From Armatimonadota bacterium (GTDB lineage Bacteria > Armatimonadota > Hebobacteria > CAIYQO01), in assembly GCA_038248345.1 (NCBI GenBank), contig JBBRXO010000059.1:1-17099 (forward strand): a stretch of DNA of 17,099 bases, given 5' to 3'. Numbering within the stretch: position 1 is the stretch's first letter; the number at the start of each line of letters is the position of its first letter. Both the position numbers and the translations under genes were made by a program. Shown here piece by piece: positions 6,885 to 15,300 of the stretch. The notes beneath the pieces are model-generated. The model was not told the DNA's origin, ran no database searches, and saw only the letters and a program-made list of their open reading frames with translations.

Positions 6885-6945
6885 GGAGCGCGCCAATCTC
6901 CGCATTAGCGTCGGGGTTATTCGCCAATCAGGAGATTGGCGCTCC
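6885..6945. repeat. REPIN-like inverted doublet (GGAG-initiated)
   Basis: Right arm on the minus strand is GGAG-CGCCAATC-TCCT-GATTGGCG (6945-6922). Left arm GGAG-CG-CGCCAAT-CTCCGC-ATTAGCG (6885-6910) is a degenerate copy. Confidence 0.65.
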
Positions 6946-6976
6946 TAGGGGTTACCCATCGTCCCTGCTGGCCTAC

Positions 6977-8686
6977 TTACTTTCCCTGCGCTTTCGCAAT
7001 CTTCGCCCAGGAGTCGCGTAAGGTCACCGTGCGGTTGAAAACCAGTTTCTCCGGCGCGGAATCGCGGTCGACACAGAAGTAGCCGATGCGCTCGAACTGG
7101 TAGCGGGTGCCGGGGGCAGCGTCGGCGACGCTCGGCTCCACGTAGCAGGTGGCTACTTCCAACGAATTGGGGTTAAGGTTGTCGAAATACGTCTGGCCCT
7201 CTTCCACTTCATCCGGGTTCGTCTTGCTGAAGAGGTGGTCGTAGAGGCGGGCGTCGGCCTCCAGCGCGTGCGGGGCGCTCACCCAGTGTAGCGTGGCCTT
7301 CACCTTGCGCCCGTCGGGGCTGTCGCCGCCGCGGGTGGCGGGGTCGTAGCTGCAGTGCAATTCCACAATCTCTCCGTTTTCGTCTTTGATCACTTCTTCG
7401 CACTTGATGAAGTAAGCATTGCGCAGGCGAACTTCGCGTCCGGGGGTCAGGCGGTAATATTTCGGCGGGGGAACTTCGCGGAAGTCATCCTGCTCGATGT
7501 ACAGCTCGCGTGAGAAGGGGACTTTGCGCATTCCCGCGCTGGCATCCTCGGGGTTGTTCACCGCGTCCAACTCTTCCGACTGTCCTTCTGGATAGTTAGT
7601 AATGACGATTTTGAGTGGTTTCATCACCGCCATTACGCGCTGCGCGGTCTTATTCAGATCATTGCGCAGGCAGTCTTCCAGGATAGCCACGTCGATGGTG
7701 CTGTTCAGTTTGGTCACGCCAATGCTCTGGCAGAAATCGTAGATCGCCTCCGGGGTATAGCCGCGCCGGCGTAGCCCCGCCAGCGTCGGCAGGCGCGGGT
7801 CGTCGTAGCTGTTTACATAGCCGCCGTTGACCAGGTCGATGAATTTGCGCTTGCTCATCACTGTGTAGCTGAGGTTCAGCCGTGCGAATTCGATCTGCCG
7901 TGGGTGATAGATGCCCAGTTGATCGAGGAACCAGTCATAGAGCGGGCGGTGATTCTCATATTCCAGCGAGCAGAGCGAATGGGTGACGCCCTCGATGGAG
8001 TCCTCCAGGCCATGCGCCCAGTCGTACATCGGATAGATGCACCATTTGTCCCCCTGCCGGTGGTGTTCGGTATGCAGGATACGGTACATCACCGGGTCGC
8101 GCAGATTCAGATTGCCCGAGGCCATATCGATTTTAGCGCGGAGTGTGCGCGTGCCGTCAGGGAATTCCCCCGCCCGCATCCGCGCGAATAGATCCAGGTT
8201 CTCCTCGACACTACGCTCACGGTAGGGGCTGGCGACGCCGGGTGAATTGATAGTACCACGCATATTGCCCACTTCTTCGGCGGATAGGTCGCAGACATAG
8301 GCCACGCCTTTGTTGATCAGCTCCACGGCCCACTCATACATCTGCTCAAAATAATCCGAGCCGAAGAACAGGCGGTCTTCCCAGTCAGCGCCCACCCAGC
8401 GCACATCCTCGATGATGCCATCGACAAACTCCTGCTCTTCCTTCACCGGGTTGGTATCGTCAAAGCGCAGGTTGAATTTGCCGTTGAAGTCCCGTGCAAT
8501 ACCGTAGTCGATCCACAACGCCTTGGCGTGGCCGATATGCAGGTAGGCGTTCGGCTCCGGAGGGAAGCGCGTGTGTACCCGGTCGAACTTGCCGTCGCGC
8601 AGGTCGGCTTTCACCGCCTCGCGGATGAAGTCGAGGGAAGGAGCGGGACGCTCATCGTTGATATTTTCTGGTTTAATGTCGTTCAT
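6977..8686 (-). CDS. glnS: Glutamine--tRNA ligase
   Basis: [48 protein letters not shown] and FNRTVTLRD; no C-terminal YqeY extension. Confidence 0.98.
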   Translation of the reverse strand: MNDIKPENINDERPAPSLDFIREAVKADLRDGKFDRVHTRFPPEPNAYLHIGHAKALWIDYGIARDFNGKFNLRFDDTNPVKEEQEFVDGIIEDVRWVGADWEDRLFFGSDYFEQMYEWAVELINKGVAYVCDLSAEEVGNMRGTINSPGVASPYRERSVEENLDLFARMRAGEFPDGTRTLRAKIDMASGNLNLRDPVMYRILHTEHHRQGDKWCIYPMYDWAHGLEDSIEGVTHSLCSLEYENHRPLYDWFLDQLGIYHPRQIEFARLNLSYTVMSKRKFIDLVNGGYVNSYDDPRLPTLAGLRRRGYTPEAIYDFCQSIGVTKLNSTIDVAILEDCLRNDLNKTAQRVMAVMKPLKIVITNYPEGQSEELDAVNNPEDASAGMRKVPFSRELYIEQDDFREVPPPKYYRLTPGREVRLRNAYFIKCEEVIKDENGEIVELHCSYDPATRGGDSPDGRKVKATLHWVSAPHALEADARLYDHLFSKTNPDEVEEGQTYFDNLNPNSLEVATCYVEPSVADAAPGTRYQFERIGYFCVDRDSAPEKLVFNRTVTLRDSWAKIAKAQGK

Positions 8687-8710
8687 AATAGAATCTCTTT
8701 CTTAATAACT

Positions 8711-8804
8711 GTAGGGGCACAAGGCTTGTGCCCCAATGATTGAATTGCATTGTGAGTGTTTTATCATAAAGTCATCATTATGGGCACAAGCCTTGTGCCC
8801 CTAC
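8711..8804. repeat. REPIN-like inverted doublet of GTAGGGGCACAAGGCTTGTGCCC; right arm lies inside the gltX 3' end
   Basis: Identical 23-mers in inverted orientation at 8711-8733 and 8782-8804 around an AT-rich spacer. Confidence 0.85.
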
Positions 8805-10220
8805 GTCTTTCAGTCTCATAATCGCCAGGGCAATACGCCGTAATGTCTCTGGTTTGCCGATAATCTCGGCGATTTCGGTGGCGCCGCCGGGCGTCATCTG
8901 TTGTCCAGAGAGGGCAATGCGCACTGGCCACATCACCGTGCCGGTCTTCAGGCCTTTATCATTGCCGAAAGCCTTCAGCGTGTCAACCAATTTATCATTT
9001 TGCCAGTCATACAAGTCAGCTAGAATAGTGGCTACCTCGCCCAATACTAACAGACTGGACTCGAGGGTGGACTTGGATTTCTGGTGGATGAATAGCTCGC
9101 TATCATACTCCGGCACCGCGGTGAGGAAGCCGACCATCTCCGGGATATCCACCAGCCGAACTACACGACCCTGGATCAGCGCGCTGATCTTCTCGGTGGG
9201 CAGGCAACACTCCGGGTAATAGGTAGTGGCCAGCGCATGGAATTTCTCCGGCGTGAGGGCGCGGATATGCAGCCCGTTGAGCCAGTCGAGTTTGGCCATG
9301 GCAAAGCACGCGGAGGATTTGCTGATGTGGTTGGTATCGAACTCTTTGATTAACTCCTCCATAGTGAGGAATTCCCGGTCATCGCCGGGATTCCAGCCCA
9401 ACAGGGAGATGTAGTTCACTACTGCTTCTGGCAGGAAGCCCATCGCCAGCAAGTCCTCAAAGGACGCGTCGCCGTCACGTTTGGAGAGCTTGCGTCCATC
9501 CTCTTTGGTGATGTGGGGCAGGTGGATATATTCCGGTATCTCCCAGCCAAAACCCTGATAGAGCAGGTTATATTTCGGCGTTGAGGAGAGGTATTCCACT
9601 CCCCGCATCACGTGGGTGATATTCATCAGGTGGTCATCTACCACGTTGGCGAAGTTGTAGGTAGGGTAGCCATCCGATTTCAGCAGCACCTGGTCTTCAA
9701 TGTCGGCGTTGTTGAAGGAGATAGTGCCGAAGACGTGATCCACAAATGAAGTAGTGCCTGCATCGGGGATCTTCTGTCGGATAACGTGCGGTACGCCAGC
9801 GGCCAGCTGCTGTTGCACTTCCTCGGCCGGCAGGTAGCGGCAGGGGTCGCGTAGCTCCAGTTTGGCTTCTTCTTCTTCATCATCATCTTTTTTTCCCGCG
9901 CAAAAACAAGGGTAGGCGTGGCCGTTCTCTACCAGCATGTTGGCATATTGTGGGTACAGCTCACGGCGTTCACTCTGGACATATGGCCCCACACCGCCGT
10001 CCTTGTCCGGCCCTTCGTCGTAGTAGATGTGCGCCAGTTTAAGGCTGTTATAGATGATCTCTACCGCCTCGGGCACGTGGCGTTTGCGGTCAGTATCCTC
10101 AATACGCAGGATAAACAGGCCGTCATTATGCCGCGCATAGAGGAAAGCGTAGAGCGCCGTACGCAAATTCCCGATGTGCATATATCCGGTAGGGCTGGGG
10201 GCAAACCTGGTGCGAATCAT
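8778..10220 (-). CDS. gltX: Glutamate--tRNA ligase
   Basis: RTRFAPSPTGYMHIGN, LRIEDTD, VVDDHLM, KLSKRDG and anticodon-binding domain. SD AAGGAG 8 nt before ATG at 10220. Confidence 0.98.
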   Translation of the reverse strand: MIRTRFAPSPTGYMHIGNLRTALYAFLYARHNDGLFILRIEDTDRKRHVPEAVEIIYNSLKLAHIYYDEGPDKDGGVGPYVQSERRELYPQYANMLVENGHAYPCFCAGKKDDDEEEEAKLELRDPCRYLPAEEVQQQLAAGVPHVIRQKIPDAGTTSFVDHVFGTISFNNADIEDQVLLKSDGYPTYNFANVVDDHLMNITHVMRGVEYLSSTPKYNLLYQGFGWEIPEYIHLPHITKEDGRKLSKRDGDASFEDLLAMGFLPEAVVNYISLLGWNPGDDREFLTMEELIKEFDTNHISKSSACFAMAKLDWLNGLHIRALTPEKFHALATTYYPECCLPTEKISALIQGRVVRLVDIPEMVGFLTAVPEYDSELFIHQKSKSTLESSLLVLGEVATILADLYDWQNDKLVDTLKAFGNDKGLKTGTVMWPVRIALSGQQMTPGGATEIAEIIGKPETLRRIALAIMRLKDVGAQGLCP

Positions 10221-10248
10221 ATTCAATACTCCTTGAGTTCAATTGTTG

Positions 10249-11550
10249 TCATTTCGATTTATGGGTTTCTGGCAATGCTGATGCCAATAATGCTCCCACA
10301 GTCATCATTACCCACGGCATCATGGGGATGTGATAACGGAACATACCGAGGATATTCAGGTGTACTACGGTGAAATAGAGCATAATACACAGGCCCACAA
10401 TCGGCAAAGTGGGTAGTAGATATCCCAGCCGTTGTCGGATGGGGATCACTAGAAGTGCACAGAAGAATAAAAAGGCCAGCGTCAGATAATAGGTCTGGGA
10501 GAATTGCTGGAACCAGTGGAACCAGGCTACGTGGGCGTCTGTCAGTCGATTCTGATACCCGACATTGTTCCAGTCAATTCCATCGTCGTCTCTGGTATAC
10601 AGATAGCTCAGGCGCGCGGGCACCAAAGCCAGCCCGGCGTAGGGATGTTCGGCCTGATATGCTTTCGCGAGGCGAGTTTTTTCCTGATCGCGTTCGTAGT
10701 CGTTTTTCCCCGGCGTCAGCTGCGCTTCCAGTGGGGCAACGTCCACATAGGTGCCGTTGGCGTTGGGGTTATTGGCGATCCAGAGATTATGCCCGATGGA
10801 GGTGGTCATCACCGGATGCCCGAATGTCTTATAGGTAAACCATAACCAGGGTGCCAGCACCAGACCAATTAAGATATGGATAGCCAGCACCGGTACCAGC
10901 CATTGCACCAGCGGGCGTTGCGCACGCAGGGCGATGATACGAATAACGAAGATGACGAGGGGCACCAGCAGGATATGCGGGCGGGTGAGCGTGGCATAGC
11001 CAAAGATAATCCCGGCGGGTAGCAATGCCCAGGGACGTTCCTCGCCCAACAGCAGTAGCTCAGTTCCGAGTAACATCAGCGGGAGAAACAGGTTCTCGCT
11101 GGCGATGATCGAGCTGTAAGCTATCTGGTTGGGGTAGCAAGCCATCAACAGCATCGCAAAACGTCCTGCGGCCTCGGAGGAGGTCAAACGACGTCCCAGG
11201 CGATAAACCAGATAGACGGTGGCCAACTGCAACAATACGGAGACGCACTTTATGGCAAAGAGCGAAGTGCCAAAAATTTTGATCAACAGCACGAGAAAGA
11301 GCGGATAACCCGGGGCGAAAAAGGCGGATATCTCGCCATTATAGCGATACCCGGCTCCATTAACAAGATTGATGGCGCACTGGTAGTACCATTCGAAATC
11401 ACTCACCGGCCAGGGATCATTCGCAATAATCCACCAGACCCGCAACGAGGCTGCCAATAACAGAATAATGGGCAGGTAGGCGGGCGATAACACCATACGG
11501 AGGATGAAATTTGTAATTGTCTGAATAAATGCTTTCACAGTATTTCTCAA
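10249..11550 (-). CDS. GT-C fold membrane glycosyltransferase (ArnT/PMT-like)
   Basis: Multi-TM protein with first-loop SDFEWY acidic motif, PGYPLFL, SENLF, LTRP and late RYHIP, typical of the family. Start uncertain (TTG 11550 coupled to the upstream stop, or ATG 11496). Confidence 0.8.
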   Translation of the reverse strand: MRNTVKAFIQTITNFILRMVLSPAYLPIILLLAASLRVWWIIANDPWPVSDFEWYYQCAINLVNGAGYRYNGEISAFFAPGYPLFLVLLIKIFGTSLFAIKCVSVLLQLATVYLVYRLGRRLTSSEAAGRFAMLLMACYPNQIAYSSIIASENLFLPLMLLGTELLLLGEERPWALLPAGIIFGYATLTRPHILLVPLVIFVIRIIALRAQRPLVQWLVPVLAIHILIGLVLAPWLWFTYKTFGHPVMTTSIGHNLWIANNPNANGTYVDVAPLEAQLTPGKNDYERDQEKTRLAKAYQAEHPYAGLALVPARLSYLYTRDDDGIDWNNVGYQNRLTDAHVAWFHWFQQFSQTYYLTLAFLFFCALLVIPIRQRLGYLLPTLPIVGLCIMLYFTVVHLNILGMFRYHIPMMPWVMMTVGALLASALPETHKSK

Positions 11551-12245
11551 CAGTCCTTATTTCCTACACAGAGAATATGCGGGAAGGGGATAATATCACG
11601 CAGGTGGTGAACATGCAGATTTTTAACGCCAATTCGCGTGAGTACCTCACGCCAGTTTTCGATACTGCGATAGTAGACGATGCCATCACTGGTGAGCATG
11701 TCCAGGAGATAGGTGAAATATGCCTTCCAGTGAGGGTGTGTCCCGACATCCTTCACAATGAAGTAGCCACCGGGCTTGACTAATGCCAGTGCATTAGCCA
11801 GTACACGGTCGCCCGGAGCTACCGGGATGTGGTGAATAATATCCAGCATTAATAATGCGTCGATATTTGTGCCCAGCTCCTCGCGCACTTCACAGACATC
11901 ACGCGCCAGAAAGGAGATGTTCGTTAGCTGCAAGCTTTCGGCGATAGATTTCGCGACAGCGATTCGTTTTTCGTCCATATCGAGGCCAATGAAATTACAC
12001 CGGGGGCGTGCCAGTGCGAAGGCGAGGGTGAATAAACCGAAACCGCACCCCAAGTCAATCACGGTGCCGCTCTCGGGCAGATATTGAATGATATCATCGA
12101 GAAAGCGCCCGTGGATAACTCGAAACCGTATCCGCGCGTATAACTGCGCCTTGCCGGAGAGAACACGCAAAATCTGCGTGCGTATTCGATGCCAGTCAGG
12201 ATCAGATGCCGTCGTGTCTTCTAGCAGTGTTAGTTTACCCATCAC
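11547..12245 (-). CDS. Class I SAM-dependent methyltransferase
   Basis: VIDLGCGFG motif I, GLDMD motif II, DIIHH and LVKPGG. Confidence 0.9.
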   Translation of the reverse strand: MMGKLTLLEDTTASDPDWHRIRTQILRVLSGKAQLYARIRFRVIHGRFLDDIIQYLPESGTVIDLGCGFGLFTLAFALARPRCNFIGLDMDEKRIAVAKSIAESLQLTNISFLARDVCEVREELGTNIDALLMLDIIHHIPVAPGDRVLANALALVKPGGYFIVKDVGTHPHWKAYFTYLLDMLTSDGIVYYRSIENWREVLTRIGVKNLHVHHLRDIIPFPHILCVGNKDC

Positions 12246-12288
12246 CTATAGTATTTCCTTGCATTCGCTACGATTACCTGCAATGCGC

Positions 12289-12321
12289 AAAAAATGGCCG
12301 TCCGGTATACCGGACGGCCAT
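12289..12321 (-). terminator. Intrinsic terminator downstream of the alpha-2-macroglobulin gene
   Basis: Perfect 28-bp palindrome ATGGCCGTCCGG-TATA-CCGGACGGCCAT (12294-12321) followed on the minus strand by a T-run; 27 nt after the stop. Confidence 0.85.
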
Positions 12322-12348
12322 CATATTTCCTGGTTATTCCACCAGATT

Positions 12349-15300
12349 TTAGTCGACAATCCTCAACTTGATCTCATCAGAGTTGGCCTTCAGTTCCGGG
12401 GCGTACATGGCGCTTGCCTTGGTGGGCAGGGCGCTGAACTGTCCGGGGATCTCGGCGCGCATGCGGTAGGAGATGCTGTGTTTGCCACGGGCCAGCGAGC
12501 GGACGAAGAAGCTGACGCGCTCGTCGTGTAGCTCCATGTAGGCACCCATCTCGTTGCCGTTGTAGCCACTCTGCACCTCTGCTGGTTCAAACCCAGCGGC
12601 CTTCATATCCTCAAAGAGGATATATTCGTAGTCGTTCTTCGAGTCGATTTCTAGCTCGATCTCGATCATGTCACCGCTCTTTACGGTGTCGAGATTGGCC
12701 AGCTCGAGGCGGTTGTACTTCACTACTTGCTGGTCAACTGCCTGTCCGTGGCTGCCTTCGGCTTTGATGCTCTTGGCCACGCGCTCCAGCTTGTAGTATT
12801 TGCGGTTGACCTTTATCTCCAGGCCCGCCTTGGTGATCATATCTTCCAGCGTGAAGTTGGTCAGGTAGGCGTTGAAGTACAGTGGGCCGACGCCGGTCTT
12901 CACCAGCTCTATTTTATGCGCGCCGGTGGTGACGGCGTCACCTTCCAACACTACTTTGTTGTCGAAGGTGAAGAGGTTGGTGTTGTCGATCTTCACCGTT
13001 TTTACTTTTACGCCATCAATCATGACATCCACTGTCATATTCGGCTTGTCTTCGCCACTGGCTTTCATGTAGTCGGCGAAGGCCTCTACCACAATTGCGG
13101 TGTCGCGGGTGCTATTCCAATAGGTGGCGTTTTTCCGGTTATTCAGCAGGTATTTCACCATGCGACTAGCCTTCTGGCCTTTCGGGTCGGTGATGGTGAG
13201 GAGTTTCAGGTAGTACGCCTGCGCCTCATATTCGCTGCCGTACCAGTACCACCAGTAGTTGTCGCCCGGCAGTTTCAGGTACGCGGTCTGGTTCTCGTCA
13301 TCCTGCACCAGATACTGGTCGATGTTGCGGATCACCATGTCGCGCTTCTCGATATCCTTCACCTTGTCCAGCGCAATGCCGAACATGCTCAGGGAATATA
13401 CCGGCAGCCCCAGACGGTCGCGGTAGAGGAAGTCGCGCATGGCGATGTTGTCCACGCATTCATCAACTAACACCATGTAGGTGTAGGCATCCATAGCGTA
13501 GGCTGTCCAGTCTTTATGGGCTTGCAGTTCCGCCACGCGGCGGTTCTGGTCATTGGTGAGCCACTGGATGCCACGGGCGATCATATCGGGCGGTACTGCC
13601 ACGCCATTGGCACGTGCCTGCTGCAGGCCATGTACCACCACGGCGGTGGTATGCGAGTAGGACTGTTCGCCATAGCCGCTGAACCAGCCCCAGCCGCCGT
13701 CGGCGCACTGCATGGAGGCCAGTTTTTCGATTCCGGCCTTCACCATGGCGTTGACTTCGGTCTCGCTGAAGACGGGGTTGCGGTCAAAACGCTTCCACTG
13801 TTTGGCACGGGTCTTATCGTCACCGATCTCCTGCGCGTTCAGGTTAGTGCGCTTGGTCTCGATATCCTTCAGGTTCAACCCCATACCGAGTAGCACTTTT
13901 TGTGTAATTACTGTCGGCAGGAAGCGGTTTAGTGTCTGCTCGGTGCATCCATACGGGTAATCCACCATGTAGGGCAGGGCATCCACCATCGCGCCAGCCA
14001 GGGTGGGGGAGTAGCGGATTTCCAGCTTGCTCTGCTCCGGGCGACGTTCGGCGGGAACATTTATATCCATGGCGCCGCTGGTGGCATCGGGGCGGATGAC
14101 GCCGCTGAAGCTCTCGGTTTTGAGCATCCCATGTACGTACACCGGGAACTTCTGTTCCATAGCGTCGGACTCTTCGTCGGTAATCGCCTTCATACGGATC
14201 GTTGCTTCGCCCGGTTGAGTGACAGCCACGCGCCAGTCGACGCGCTGGTCGGTATTGGGTTCTATTTCAATGATCTGCTCTTGGGCCGGGAATACCTTCG
14301 GATCGGCGTTGACGAATGCCCCTAGCGGTTGCAGGCAGCCACCGTCGGCTTCCAGCACTACCTTCACGGTTTTCTTATTACTCAGGTAGTTATGCACTAC
14401 CGCCGAGAGCACCACTTCATCTTTCTGCACAAAGAAGCGTGGAGCTTGCAGGCGGATTATTACGTTCTTACTGGTCATGGTTTCGGCGCTTCCTTCGCCA
14501 ACTGCAGTGCCATTACCCATCGCCCAGACTTTGGTTTTCCAGGTGGTGAGATTCTCCGGCATTTGTATGTCAATCGTCGCCTCGCCGTTAGCATCCGTGA
14601 TAACTGAAGGTGCCCAGAAAGCGCTGTCGGCGAAGTCGCTGCGGATGGTCGGCATCACGCCATTGGGGATGTCGGGCATACCAGGTGTATTCTTATCGCC
14701 CGGCAGCCCTTGTGAACCCATCGGGCCAGCTTCGTTTTTATTAGCCATTAGAGAGTCGCTCATTGCCGGCGCAGCCATTGCCATCGGCACACCAGTAGCA
14801 CCTCTCCTGGCATACATTAAGTTCCCATGCGGCCCTCCCAGACCTCCTCTGCCGAAGCCGCCTCCGGTGTCACCTTCATCGTCTGCCACAGTGTAGCCGA
14901 AGGTTCCGAGGATGCCCATAGTTTTCTCATCAGGCAGGGTGATGTTGTAACCGCCACGGGTGAGGTTAGTCACACTGCTCTGGTAGTGCGAGCGACGCCA
15001 TTTCCAGAAGAAGTCCTTGATGTCGGGCACATTGGAACCGCCGCTGATGTACTCCAGTGATTTGTCGTACATAGTGACGGCGGTGGAGCCTACTACCGGG
15101 TTACCATCTGGATCAGTCAGTTTGATCTTCACCGTCGCTATTTCGCCGGGCAGGTATTTTTTTGAGTTGGGCGTTACCGCCACGTCGATGGCACGTTTCA
15201 CTGGTGGTACGCAGATTTCTCGTGTTTCGCTGTAGAGTTTGCCATTGCAGACGGTCACCGCTTCGACAAAGAAGTTCGGCATATCTGCCTGCGCTACGGC

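Noticed and set aside
5388..8804. CRISPR array or complete insertion sequence
   Set aside because: Repeats are dispersed or inverted rather than regularly spaced; no cas or transposase gene in the window.
12246..12290. Leaderless promoter (TACTAT) for the methyltransferase
   Set aside because: No matching -35, and an alternative AAGGA SD exists; ambiguous.
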